A stretch of 64,000 nucleotides of DNA, taken from NCBI RefSeq assembly GCF_009914755.1, contig NC_060939.1. One strand, given 5' to 3'. Below, piece after piece: positions 1-12,309 of the stretch. The notes below the pieces were generated by a model. The model saw only the letters and a list, made by a program, of their open reading frames with translations. It was not told where the DNA came from and made no database searches. Origin of the DNA: the human T2T-CHM13v2.0 reference genome, Homo sapiens. Position 1 is the stretch's first letter. Each line of letters begins with the position of its first letter. The translations under genes and the position numbers were made by a program.

Positions 1-333
1 CTACAGTTTTTCCAGGAGGATTTGCTTGTGCTTATCTGCATAGTGAGCCTCAAGATTCTATGGGAATGAACTTAAAAATCTTCTGGCAAGGCTGGGAGCC
101 CCTGGAGAACCAGACCATGAAGAAGGAAGCCCCTCCATCTTCTAAAGAAGGTTGAGAGGTCCCCAGTTTACAGTGATACAGTTAGTATCACTGTGACTAA
201 GAATTGGGTCAATTATATTAAAACACAGAATTCAGCGGTCTTAATCTGATTTCTGTTCTGGAAGCAATGATTATATATGCTGAGCCCTTGGCTAAGAAGA
301 CCTTTATGTTTCCCTGAAAAAACTTGGGTAATA

Positions 334-655
334 GGCCAGGTGCGGTGGCTCACGCCTGTAATCCCTGCACTTTGGGAAGCTGAGGCAGGCGGATCACCTG
401 AGGTCAGGAGTTTGAGACCAGCCTGGCCAACATGGAGAAACACCCCATCTCCACTAAAAATACAAAAATTAGCCGGGCATGCTGGTGGGAGCCTGTAATC
501 CCAGCTACCCGGGAGGCTGAGGCAGGAGAATGGCTTGAACCTGGGAGGCAGAGAACCTGGGATGCAGTGAGCCTAGATCACACCACTGCATTCCAGCCTG
601 GGCAATAGAGTGAGACTCTGTCTCAAAAACAAACAAACAAACAAAAAACAGAAAC
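334..655 (+). mobile_element. AluS (Sx/Sz-like) SINE, full length
   Basis: GGCCAGGTGCGGTGGCTCACGCCTGTAATCCC start, central A-rich linker, (CAAA)n tail; TSD aaaaa(c/t)ttgggtaata at 318-333 and 656-671. Confidence 0.95.
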
Positions 656-2129
656 AAAAATTTGGGTAATAATGGCAGTAGATGAGCCTCATGTTCTTCT
701 GGAGAAATGACTAGAATGTGGAGAAAACCCTGACCCTCCGATCCAACTGCTGCATAATGGGTATGCTTGACAACCTTTCTAGAACCTTTCTGGGTTGAAA
801 GTAAGAGTTGTGGGAAAAAAACCAAACCACTACTAATGTTAAAAATAGCTAATAATTTACACATTATGAGATATATGTTATTTAATCTTCACAAAAGCCC
901 TGTGAAATAGTCATTTTTAGCCTCGTTGTGCCAAAGCTGAGAGGAGGAAATGGCAGCTGAGAGCATTCCACGCCGGCTGTGTGAACCAATTGGTTGTCTT
1001 TGTGGCATCAAGGATCCAGCTGGGCTCCCCACTGTGCAGGGCTGAGCCTTGGGAAATACAAACACACATGCCTTCATCCAAGAGCGGAGGTAGAGGGTCA
1101 GGCAGGGAGGCCAAGCCACTGTTAGCTCTGTTTGCATGAACCTGAGGCTGTAGTGGTTCAGGAATGTGCTCGTCAGCTTTCCTGACGCCTGACGTGGACC
1201 AACAATCCAGTCTCAGCCCTAGACATGGGCCACCTGGGAGGGAGGCAGAAAGGAGGAAATGGGGTTGGTTTAGTGACCACGTGACCAAATAGGGGGCCCC
1301 TAGGCTGGCCCTCCCACTGATGGTGGGAAAGTGAGGGAATCTCTCCTCTCGAAAGCTGTTAATGGCTTGCAGCTGCCTATGATAGGAAGTCTGCACATCT
1401 TAGCTGTTTTTGAGCTAGACCTGATTCTTACCTGATTCTACCTTTCTGTTTGCAGATGTGGGAACTGAGGTCCAGAAAGAGATGTGTCAAAAAATAATAG
1501 AAAAGAAGGCACCAGACTAGGTCTCTGGTCCCAAACTCAGGACTATTCAGATGCTGCTCTATCCAGTCCTTGGCCCTGGCCTACAAGACCCTCACTGACC
1601 AGTCAAGGCCCATGCATTGCACACTTCCTCAGGCACAGGGCTGTGTGTGTCTCTGCGTCCCCGATGGCTGCCCAGCACAGGGGTGACACCCTGAGCTCCA
1701 CACATGCTTACTGAATGGATGGATGGATGGATCTGACTTGGGAAAATGTCTCTTCCCTCAGCAGCTTCCTTCACGTGCGTGTCCAGGGACATGGCTTCTT
1801 CTCTGGGACCATGTCCAGGAACCAACCAGCTCGAGGGCTAGGAGGGCTGGAGGTCACCTAGGACTGGTGGGGAAGGGTGGTTAGCAGGGAGGAAGCAGGG
1901 GCGGAAAACCTCCAGGGTGTTAAGCTTGTTTTCCCACTTAGACTAGAGGCTCCTTGAGGACAGGGGCCAGGTCTTCTCCCGCCACGGTCCTCAGACACAG
2001 GTCTCCGACCTGAGATGCTTCACAGACATCTGGGTTTGGAAGTGGACCAAGTCCAGACCTCCAGAACACCAGCTGCCAGGAGCCTCTGGACTGAGTCCAT
2101 GGGTTGTCGTAGGTGACAGCCTTCGAGCT

Positions 2130-2290
2130 GCCTCTGATGGACATGGACTCGAACCTGGCTTCTGCTGCTTTGTAGGTCTCTGACTCGGGACAATCACGTG
2201 GCCTTTCTGAGCCTCAGTCTCCATCTCTCTGTCTGTCAGATGAGGCTGACAGGCCGCCCTGCAGGGCTGTATGGGTTGGAGGGGACGGTG
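2130..2290 (+). mobile_element. MIR relic overlapping the outer edge of inverted-repeat copy 1
   Basis: Degenerate MIR core ctgagcctcagtctccatc...ctgtcagatgagg, preceded by a ggactcgaacctggcttctgc-type 5' part. Confidence 0.6.
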
Positions 2291-2758
2291 CACCATGTCT
2301 AGCACAGCCCCTGGTGGGACCGAGTGTCCTGTGGCAGCAGAGCGGGGTGCCTGCAGGCCATGGCCTCCCCTGGGCTTGCTGCCTCCAGTCTGGATGCTGC
2401 TGGGGCCTGGACCTGAGTGAGGCAAGGAGATGGGGCAAGGCCAGGGACCCCAGCACCCCAAACTCCTGCCTTTACTGTGAGGAGAACCCTTCACTGAGGG
2501 AACTAAGGCTTTCCCAAGAACCCTGCCTTGTAGGACCTTAGCCGTTCCAGAGCCCCTGACACTGGGGGGCACTGTGGGCATGAGGGGCATCCCCAGAGGT
2601 CCTGCCCTTGGAAAGCAAGAGATGAGAAAAGCGGACCTCCCCCAACCCCAATCAGACACATGTCCCATGAAGGGTGAAGGATGAGAGCACATCTGAGTGG
2701 CACTAGAGTGGGGACCACACTGGGATGCTTTGGAATATGTCATGATGCAGTGGAAACA
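2188..2758 (+). repeat. Inverted duplication, copy 1 (~570 bp)
   Basis: Reverse complement aligns to 16768-17338 with ~41 differences (hand count); ORF track shows paralogous MTYSKA... and MVPTLVP... peptides on opposite strands. Confidence 0.97.
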
Positions 2759-2875
2759 TGGTCAATATCCAGAAACTTGGGTTCAAGTCATTTCTGCATC
2801 GATTCAGCTCTGTGGCCTTGAACAAGTAACTTAAAACCCCTCTAGACTCAGTTCTCCAGTCTGTAAAATGACAGG
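2745..2875 (+). mobile_element. MIR relic overlapping the inner edge of inverted-repeat copy 1
   Basis: gggttcaagtc...ctgtggccttgaacaagtaactt...ctcagttctccagtctgtaaaatg MIR core. Confidence 0.8.
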
Positions 2876-3189
2876 CTGGACGAGAGCACTGGTTTTCAAA
2901 GGTGGGGTGTGTGCAGCGGCAGAATGCTTTGAAACTCACCAGGAGCAGAAGCTATATACCACCGAATGCTAGGAGGGCGCAGGACCTCAGTGTGGCATCC
3001 CCTTGGGCTCTCACAAGGGCTGCCCCTGGGAACTCAGTTTGCAAACCTCCGGAGTAGAAGCCCTTTAAGGTCCTGGTCAGCTCCAAACATCCCCAAATTC
3101 CTGAATCTTCCACCAGGGATGGTACAAGCAGTGGTGCCTGAAGCACCAGCCTTCACAGTGCCTTGTGTTCTTTCCTTAGCTCTGGGTAT

Positions 3190-3590
3190 CAAGTAGTGCT
3201 CTTTGGGTGCGAATAACGGAAATGGACTTGGCGACTTAAGGCAGAGGGAGGACTCAGAGAAGGAATCCTGGGCATCTACAGAATAGAAGCAGAGCAGAAC
3301 CTCTGGATCTACGTAGCTTTGGAGACCTCAGAAGATGGAGTTGGTGGGACGTCTCTCTGGAGTGTCCAGTTCTGGTATACCTGGACTCCAAATAGCCACC
3401 AATCACTGTGGCTCTCATTTCAGTTTCAAATCTGCACAAGAGAGACTGTGATTGGTCCAGCTTAGGTCACGTGTCCACTCCTGGCCCAGCCAGGTTTAGC
3501 AGGGCTGCAGGATGCCACTTGCTTATCTTGGGAGGAGTCCAGAGAAAGGGAAGGCCTGTTTCATGGCAGCATATTGATGTCTAATACGTC
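3190..3590 (-). mobile_element. Old MaLR LTR (MLT1J/K/L-like) relic
   Basis: gattggtccagcttaggtcacgtgtccactcctggcc motif typical of old MLT1 LTRs. Confidence 0.5.
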
Positions 3591-4129
3591 TTGCATCCCC
3601 AGTTTTATTGTCCATTCCTGGAAAATGCAAGCTGTGACTGACGTTTTTACATCTTAAATCCCTCTCCCAGAGCAAAGCAAATTGCTTCAACCCCAAAATA
3701 CAGGCACAGGAACCCTAGAGATGTGGTAAGGGGATGTGAGAGCTTTTCTTTCTCTGTTTCCATAACTGCGAAAACCTACAACTTAAGGTATTATACTGTC
3801 AGAGCAATGTAATCTATTTTATAGACAGACCAGTCAAAACATACATCTTACTGGTCCTGGGAGTCAGTGTAAAAAATCCGTGTGTGGCTTTTGAATGAGG
3901 GGGAAGTGGTGTGTGTGTATGTGTGTGATGTCTTCAAAACCCGTAAACACATCTAGACAGGGATGGGCACCGATAAAGGAAATCACACTTATTATTTGAA
4001 TGTATGCCACTTGGAAATGTTCTTCATTATTAATAATAATTAATAAATAAATGGTTCAGAGAGTTCTAATTTTCTCTTGCTATCAGAAATTAGCATATTT
4101 TTTCAGTTTTCCTAAATTGCTACCTTTTT

Positions 4130-4740
4130 GATAATGTGTATATAATTACTGATTCCACCCAAACTCACTCTTTGTTCGGCTGACTGACTTTGCCTGCATG
4201 CTGTCAGATGCTGGTGAGGTTTTTTAAAGAACTGTTATGATTGATGTAATTAAACCAAGATAAGACGTACATTTTGCTTTTTCTCCCCTTTTCTTTTCTT
4301 CTTCCCCTCCCCATCACAGCAGAGTTGAGGGAGAGGGAGAGAGACAGAGAGAAAGAGAGAGAGAGAGAATGAGAATTAGTTGTCTCTGATTTGTTGGAGG
4401 TGCTTTACCAGAATGCACAGTATCTGCATTTTGCTCAAAGAACTTGATAAAACACCCACAGCAAACTTCAGGCTGTATTGTTCTCGTCAATTACTGGTGC
4501 GGCCTCGGGTTTCTCCTTGTTAATTGCTGCGAGCAGGGAAGCTTTACTCAGTGCGCAGTGTACCCAAGCATGTATGGAGTTTAATGAATCATACTAACTC
4601 TGCACTCCAAGCAATTAGGTAAATCTAGCTGTTAGTTAGTGAGGCATAAAATAAATTTAATCTCTCTTCTAAAAAATCAATTATAGTGCTGTAATGTATA
4701 ATTCAATTTGGGTCATGCTACATAAATTTTCTGTTTTTAG
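4130..4740. promoter_or_regulatory. Candidate conserved non-coding/enhancer-like island
   Basis: No recognisable transposon; multiple TAAT/TAATTA homeodomain cores, TGTCA site, retained CpGs; GA tract at ~4330-4368. Confidence 0.35.
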
Positions 4741-4779
4741 TATGTTTTTAAACTGGTTGTTATTCGATTTTGCAAGCTC

Positions 4780-4820
4780 TGTGTGTGTGTGTGCGTGGTG
4801 TGTGTGTGAGCATGTGTGTG

Positions 4821-4856
<36 letters not shown>
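4780..4856. repeat. (TG)n microsatellite, interrupted
   Basis: Direct reading. Confidence 0.95.
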
Positions 4857-4858
<2 letters not shown>

Positions 4859-5089
4859 AAGACTGCAGGATGAGGGAAAGTGACAATTCCAAGAAAGTCT
4901 GGATTTATTAAGGAAACTGTGTCTGGAAGGGTCTTTGTCCATTTGATTCTATAAGCCTTACTTGAGCCCCTACTATGTGTGTACTAGCTTCATGGAAGAT
5001 AGAAGGTGCGAAAAACTACTGCCTTCAAGGAGCTTATGGTCTAATTGATAGTGCAAGACCTAACCAAGTAGAAAATTAGAAAATAATCA

Positions 5090-5205
5090 GGACAGACACA
5101 GGTAATACACAGATATTGTATTGTGAAATACGCAGATATTGTATTGTGAAATACACAGATATTGTGAAACTGGAGGGGACAGATACAGGTAATACACAGA
5201 TATTG
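5090..5205. repeat. Complex micro-duplication (23-bp unit x ~3 plus a dispersed 29-bp copy)
   Basis: aatac(a/g)cagatattgtattgtga at 5104, 5127 and partial at 5150; ggacaga(c/t)acaggtaatacacagatattg at 5090-5118 and 5177-5205. Confidence 0.9.
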
Positions 5206-5214
5206 GAGAAATAA

Positions 5215-5380
5215 TTGGGGCTTTCAAATCTGGACACTTGGGCTCCATTTTAAACTCTGCTACTGACTAGCTGTGTGACCTAATGCAAAGGACAACCTGT
5301 CAGAGCCTTACTTTCCTCATCTGTAAAATGGGTTCCATAGTTCCTTTCTCCCTGTGCTTTTGAGATTGATTGGTGTAATA
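5215..5380 (+). mobile_element. MIR
   Basis: gctgtgtgacct...tttcctcatctgtaaaatggg core. Confidence 0.8.
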
Positions 5381-5614
5381 CTGTCTGGGAGCACACTCTT
5401 TTGACTGGAGAGGAGTGGATGGCAGTGTCTGATGTCCCCAACTCCCAGTAAGCACCTGGAGGGTGGAGACCATGTTTTTCCTTCTCCTGCTTTGTTCTGG
5501 GCACATGGCCCTGGCCCGGTGTGCAGAGAGAATGCTCCAGATGTAGAAACAATGGCATGAGAAGTGAATCCTACAGGTCTGGATGGGCCAGAGAGGGGAC
5601 ACTTGAAGAGTTAA

Positions 5615-5820
5615 CCAATGATAGGCAATTTACCCAGGGCCACTTTGCATCAGGTTCTCTGTTCATACTTTATAATGCACCATCTCTGATCCTCAGAATA
5701 GCCCTGTGTGGATCTTCCTAGATGCAGGTGAGGAAGCTGACGCTCACTGAGCTTAAGCCACTTGCCCAGGGCCACACAGTGAGGAGGAGATAGAATGGAA
5801 TTTGAACTCAGGTCTCCTTG
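5615..5820 (-). mobile_element. MIR
   Basis: gaggaagctgacgctca...cttgcccagggccacacag...gaatttgaactcaggtct. Confidence 0.75.
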
Positions 5821-6499
5821 TTCTCTTTACCCTGCCTTGCTTGCCCCACACGGATGATAGGCAGAGTTAGGAAAGATGAGAGAAGGCCGGAAGGAGTCTG
5901 GAATTCACACCAAAGAGGTTCTGCTAAGATTCTGAGCCCAGAAACTCCCTCCCAAGGAAGCCTCCAGAAAGCTTTTCATCCCCCTGCCCCACCACTTCCC
6001 CCTCCATCTGCCCATTTGATTTTGTTAATGGAATTCTTAGGAAAAATTACACACCGTTACATTTCCCTGCTAATCTCCCAGCAACAGCCATGGTACCGAA
6101 CATTATTAAAATAGTTAAGACTCCATCCCAGCTGTCTCTTTCCAATTTTCTTGCTTCCAGGGGGTGCTCAGCAAAGCGGTGAGCAGGCTTACCTACTGAG
6201 TGCTTCTGCATCGCCGGCTAGCACAGTGATCGAAGCCAGAGCTCCTGAGACCACCAGGGCCACTTGGCGTGTGCACAAGCACATGCAATGTGGGGGCCAG
6301 GGAGAGTGGACAAAGGGCTAGGGATTGCAGAGAAATCCCATTCTCAAACGGGGTTCTGCCAGTCTGCTGGGAGGCCCTGGGCAATCCCTTTCCCTCTCCA
6401 GGCCTCAGTTATCTCCAACCACCTGCTGGTTCCCTTGCCAGCTCTGAGGCTCTCTCTGCATGTGTTCTTTGTGACTCTAAGAACACACTTGCCCCTGGC

Positions 6500-6800
6500 T
6501 GCGTCTGAAAATGGAGGCTCTGGGGTGCACGCGGCGTTACTATCTAATAAGCCGTGAGCTGCGCAGCAACATCAGTTGACTCACTTTGCAGAGCCTATGG
6601 GTCATTAAAAAAAAATCTAAACTAGTGCGAGTGAAGTAGCTTCCACAAAATGATTCCCATCACAAAATAAGCCTTTAATTAGCAGAACATCTCACCCAGC
6701 TGAAGCACAACTTTTGCAGACATATACCCAGTGATGTTAATTATGAAATGAATTTGCACATGCATGATTTATGGGTCTTTGACTTTAAAGAGAAAAAAAA
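6500..6800. promoter_or_regulatory. Candidate enhancer (PBX-HOX and AP-1 motifs)
   Basis: TGATTTATGG at 6765-6774, TGACTCA at 6577-6583, several TAATTA cores, CpG retention, no repeat recognised. Confidence 0.4.
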
Positions 6801-7217
6801 TCGGCTGCCTACTTTACTTATGCTTTCTGCCCTCTGAGAGAATTCACAAGAGAGAGATACCATGGACGGTTTCAGTGTTTCTTGGAAGCTTAACGTCCCT
6901 TTCAATGACTTTTGTGCTTTGCTTACATCAATCAGCTAAATATTTATTGAATTCTCAATTGCCCAGCACAGAGTCAGGGGCTGGGGAGAATGGGGATTCA
7001 GGATGAGTCATAGTTCTGGTGCTATGTTTAGATGAATTATGTCCCCTGGAGGGATCTTGCAGAACACAGGGTCTACCTTCCTAATTTTGCAGAGAAGGAA
7101 ACTGAGGCCAGAAAGGAGACTAACTCCCTCAGAATAGTGCGATGACTCAGGGTTGGTGGCCCAGCTCTGGCCTCATGTCCCAGCTGGGTGTTTCCATTAC
7201 ATTCCAACCAACAATAA

Positions 7218-7567
<350 letters not shown>

Positions 7568-8191
7568 CAATAAGGAAGTTTCGAGTCTGCAGTCCAGTGG
7601 GGCAGATGAAACACAAGCACATGAGTGCAAGTAGGCATGTGTGTTGGTGTGCAAAGATGCACACACACATGCATGCATGCATGCACGCTCACACACGTCA
7701 GACACCCTGGCAGAACTTAAGAAGGTGAATGTACTGCAGACTTGCACCTGTTGAGAATGCCAGAACTCCAGGCACTCTGAAGGGGGTCCTCGGAGCCATC
7801 CAGGAGCTCCTGGAGGAGGTGGCCCTTGGTCTGGCCCTAGGGAATTTAGACAGGCAGAGAAGAGGGGGAGCTCCTGCGGGAGGCCAGTGTGGGTCAGGAG
7901 CATCTTGGAGGCAGGAGGAAGGTGCCTCTGCAAAGCCTTGGTCCATTTGTGTTCCCAGCTTCTCCTTTTGTCCATGTACCTCATCTTGCTGTGGTCAGCT
8001 GTGAGGCATGTGGCTGCAGACCCAGTGAGTGACAGGGACAGCTCTTGGCCTTTTGAGCTTCAAAGGGCATAAACAGTACATTTGGAGGAGATGCCTGCTA
8101 GTTCCCTTTGATCTCCACCTGAGAGGCAATGGGGACTCTCTAGATGTAGGGCAGGGAGGGGAGGAGTTTTGGATGCAGAGTAGAAAATAAT

Positions 8192-8217
8192 GAGAGAGAG
8201 AGAGAGAGAGAGAGAGA
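8192..8217. repeat. (GA)n microsatellite
   Basis: Direct reading. Confidence 0.9.
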
Positions 8218-9009
8218 TGCTGAGAAGCAACTGAGAGAGCTGCAGGTATTGGTTCTCAGAGCAAGGTGGAGCCTCACCCCGTCCCTCTAACCTGCTGTGC
8301 ACCAAAGGAAGCTAGAAACGATAGACCCGACCCCATAGATAGGCTTGGGGGACGCGCCCTTCTCCTGCCCACAGCCGCATTCACAGCAGCACCGGGCTGT
8401 AGGAGCAGGGCAGTGGAGCTGGTTGGATGTTGCATCTAGACAGACAAGATCAGGGATTCTGTGGCATCCCCCCAGCCCCCGAGGGTCCCAGCACAGCAGA
8501 CATTACCTGTACCTTCAAGACTCAGGCTGGCGGCCTGGCAGAGGCCCTGTAGTGTGGAGAGGGCACAGCAGCGGGTGGCTGGCCTTTAGCTATGTGTAGG
8601 TGGTAACCCCCACAGCCATTGCCTTCATCAGTGTTAGCTCAGCCCCTGGGAGGAAAGGGCCAGGAGAACCCTGACCTGACTGAGGAAACATTGCATTGAT
8701 GGAGATGATAAGAATTGACCAGCTAATATTTCTGCCAAAGTAGATTCTAAATTGATTTCAGGTAATTGATTTAAGAGAAGCCAGGGAGAGAGATAAGCAC
8801 TTAAGTCTGTGGCCTAAAAGCTCCATCCTCAGAGTTTGCTTGAAGAGCAGTAAGCTGCAGAGATGGCAGGGAGGGTGACTGCCGATGACCTTGTTGCTTG
8901 GGGAGTCTTGAGTGTCCCCAAAGCCCCCATAGCCTGACGAGGCCTTCTTTTAGGGTGGAAAGATGGAAAGATAAAGAGCCCTGGATACTCTAGGGAACAA
9001 AGCAACTGG

Positions 9010-9115
9010 CCTCTCACTTAGCTCTGCCTAAAGCTGGCTATGTGACTGTAGGCAAGTAGCTCAGCCTGTCTGTGCCTTAGTTTCCCCATTTTAAAACAAA
9101 GGGGGTAGGCTTGAT
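9010..9115 (+). mobile_element. MIR
   Basis: tgtgactgtaggcaagtagctcagcctgtctgtgccttagtttccccattttaaaa. Confidence 0.7.
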
Positions 9116-9126
9116 AATCTCAGAGG

Positions 9127-9250
9127 CAGTGGTTTTCCAACTTCAGAGTGCCTGACAATGACGGGAGAATTGGGTTAAAATGTAGGTTTCCTGACACAAC
9201 GGTCCTCAGAGATTTGTACATGAGGGCCTGGGGTGACTTGGAGAACCACT
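9127..9250. mobile_element. hAT-Charlie MITE (MER5-like) relic
   Basis: Ends cagtggttttccaa ... ttggagaaccact form imperfect terminal inverted repeats. Confidence 0.55.
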
Positions 9251-9379
9251 CTTCTTCCCCCAAAGAATGCCTTTCCACTGCTCTGGTTTCACAAAACCTC
9301 CTTCTCCTCCCTCCTCCCCACTTCCCACCTCCTTCCCCTCCTCCTCCTTCTCCTCCTCCTCCTTCTTTTTCTTCTCATG

Positions 9380-10130
9380 ACTTATTTATCATACAGTTTT
9401 CTCCTGCTTACAAATACAAAAGGAGGCATAGTAAACATTTTCAAGCATAGCAGCATAGAAAGCAGAAAGCTCTTTATGCCTGTGACTCTCCCCCCAAGTC
9501 ACAGTAGTTAACAGCCTGCTGTGCCCAAGCTCAAGTTTGAAATCGGCATACAAATAACTAAGAATAAATATATTTAAAACAAAAGTATAGCTATACCATA
9601 CATACTATTTTGTAATATTTTCTCCCCAATGAACAGTATATCTTATCCTCATTTCAGACCCCTATATGGCGATGAACACGTTCTTTTTCACAACTGTATA
9701 ATACTCCATTGAATTAATTCCCATAGGCCAACATTTAGGCATTGTCTCATTTTTCACAGCCACGAAACGCCACTGCAACAAACATCTTTGCACAGATGTC
9801 TCAAAGCACTTGCATAGGTGTGGGGTACATTCCTAGAAGTAGAATGGTGGATGCAAAGGCGTGTTTTACATTTAGCCTGTATGGCATTGCCAATTTGGCC
9901 TTCAAAATTGATTTTTCCAACTTATTCTCCCGCCCATATTTTGTGAGTAGCTGTTTTTCCATACACAGCCTCTGCCAACCTTGGGTATTTTCTATCTTTT
10001 AACTCTTTGCCAAACATATTGGCAAAAATATCTTTTTATTATTTCCTTTTCATTTTCCTTCATGATTGATGAGGCTGATCAGTTTGGGGCTATTCTTTGA
10101 AGTATCACATCATAACCTTTGTTCATTCTT
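9380..10130 (-). mobile_element. Old L1 (L1ME/L1MC-like) 3' fragment
   Basis: tacattcctagaagtagaatgg, ataatactccattg, catgattgatgaggctga motifs of antisense ancient L1. Confidence 0.65.
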
Positions 10131-10854
10131 TTTCTCTTAAGAAGGTGAACAAATCATGTAGTCAGGCATTTCCACAGTTTACAAGTGCAGCAGTGCAGGA
10201 GTATAAGACAAACATGAGTGCCACATCCCCAGACTCCCAAGCTGTCCAGCTCTCAGGTTAGAACAAACCTGCATTGAGTCCCTGGCTTTAAAGAGCACTT
10301 GCATTCCCAGAGCAGAGCTCCTCATGAGGGCCCATGTTTTCCGCCATGTAGAAAGCAGGACCACAGGCTATGTTTATCCAGGGGCTGCCCTCCTGCGGGG
10401 CACGCTGCTCCCAGGCTGTAGCTGCATCCAGAAAGAACTTTGTTAAAGGATGATGAGGCCCTGAGGCAGGGGCTGCAGGTGGGGCACAGAAGCAGACCTG
10501 GCCAGAGAGCTGGCCCCCACAGGCGGAACCCTGGGCTGTAGGTAGGTGGCTGGGGGTCAGGTCCCAACGTCACAGTTGATTCTCTCTGAGACGCTTGTTT
10601 AAGTAGCCATGGCCCTTGGTTTTCCTACTTGTAAAAATGAAAACAGTGATATCAATTTCAAGGGCCTCTTGTGAGACTCCAATGAGACTGTGTACAAATA
10701 AAACTGGAGCCTTCTATAACTGTAAGTTCTGAGTTCTGAGTGTTGATGCCAGAAATTCCACCATTAGATCATATCCCTAACGGCTTGTGTACAGCTAAAT
10801 GCAGACTCCCTTCTGCAAGGGGCCACGCCACACTTTGTTAACTGTTCCATCTAT

Positions 10855-11090
10855 AACACAGTCAGTGGTTAAGAGCATGGGCCTTGGAATTGCAGAGAGC
10901 TGTGTTCAAGTCTACTTACTGGCTCTGTGACTCTGGGCAGGTTACTTAACCCCTCTGAGATACAATGCTCTCCTTCATAAAGTGGACATAACCACTTCTT
11001 GGTTTACATGAGGAGTTAATGAGCTATGGGTTGAAAGTCTGGAGCAAGAGAAAGGTTCAATAAATGTCAGCTATGTTATTATCATCCTTA
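10855..11090 (+). mobile_element. MIR
   Basis: cagtggttaagagcatggg...ctgtgactctgggcaggttacttaacc. Confidence 0.8.
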
Positions 11091-11730
11091 ATAATGATAA
11101 ATTATTAACAATGCTGATCTTAACCACAATGTCCAGATGTTTTCTTCCTCTCCCATTGTGAGCTTGTTGCGAGAGGGCTCCCAGAGGACCCATACCATCC
11201 CATTCATCTCTTATGTCATCAACCACACAGTCCTGCAAGCGTATATCCTGCTTCCTTGTGTTTGCTCCTGACACTGGGCTCCCTGTGAATAAGGAGGAGG
11301 TCCCCTTCATGGCATAATGCGAATAGTTCTGAAAAGGTTCTCTATTGCCTCTTCTTCTGCCGTCTGCAGTGGTAACAGAAATCCCAGCATTTCTGGAAAG
11401 CCTCAGGTTGGAGTTGAAACGCATATTTGATATTAGGAAACCGCTTCAGGATGCTCAGCTATGAAATATGTCCCATGGTGTCCACCCTCTGCCTTCTCCC
11501 TGGAAGACTCGGGCAGGGTATTGAAACTCTCTGTGTCTCAGCTTCCTCCTCTGTGAAATGGGGACATAGCAGTGTTTTCCTCAGAGGGGTGGAAATGAAA
11601 GAGAGCGGCCAGCATGGCCTGGCCCACAATGAGTGCCCGCTAAGTGCCAGCAGTGAGGAGTGCTGCCTCCCACGGGGTGTTCCCTACCTTCTCCGGTAGA
11701 TGCTCCGTCTCTGCGAGTCCCTTTCTCTGA

Positions 11731-12037
11731 TATCTTAGTCCATCTGGGCTGCTGTAACAAAAATACCATCAACTGGGTGGCTTATAAACAATAGAAATTC
11801 ATTGCTTACAGTTCTGTAGGCTGAGAAGTCCAAGGTCATGGTGCCAGCCTACTTGGTGTCTGGTGAGGGCCTGCTTCCTAGTCTGGGATCTCTTTCATAA
11901 GGGCACTAACCCCATTCATGAGAACTCTGCCCTCACGACCTAATCAGGCCCAAAGGTCCCACCTCTTCATCTACTGCATTGGGAATTAGGTTTCAACATA
12001 TGTATTTTGGTGGGACACAAACATTCAGACCACAGCA
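11731..12037 (-). mobile_element. MLT1A-like MaLR solo LTR
   Basis: tatcttagtccatctgggctgctgtaacaaaataccat ... acaaacattcagaccacagca; 5-bp TSD TCTGA at 11726-11730 and 12038-12042. Confidence 0.9.
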
Positions 12038-12309
12038 TCTGACTTCTTATCCTCCCCCATCCTCGACCTCTTGAGTGGATCAGATGCCCTTACAGGTCAC
12101 AGCCCACCCTGTGGTTCAGGGAGGGAGCAGAGGAGGGGAGGATGGGGTTGGGGGTGCTCATGTTAGACCCTCAGGAACCTCCCTGGAGGATCCATCTGGG
12201 GCAGCACTTTTGCAGTCAGCGTTGTGGGGGAGGCTGAGAAGCCAGAGGCAGGGCAGGTCCCCACCGGAGAATGGTGGCACTAGGGAGTAGGGTGAGGGAT
12301 GAGCTGTTT

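Noticed and set aside
170-194. 10-bp-stem hairpin acagtgatac-agtta-gtatcactgt
   Set aside because: Too short for a pre-miRNA or MITE; an isolated stem of this size is plausible by chance in 64 kb.
213-864. ORFs with Alu-type peptides (also 7073-7565, 19490-20134, 38983-40030, 54910-55095)
   Set aside because: Translations of Alu sequence, not genes.
1991-2743. 250-aa minus-strand ORF with paralogous ORFs at 16783-16989 and 16808-17227
   Set aside because: Similarity only reflects the DNA duplication; two 1-bp indels between copies break the frame, the ORF runs through MIR sequence and has no recognisable domain.
7635-7686. Imperfect TG/CA hairpin and (CATG)4 palindrome
   Set aside because: Ordinary low-complexity purine-pyrimidine repeat with no further support.
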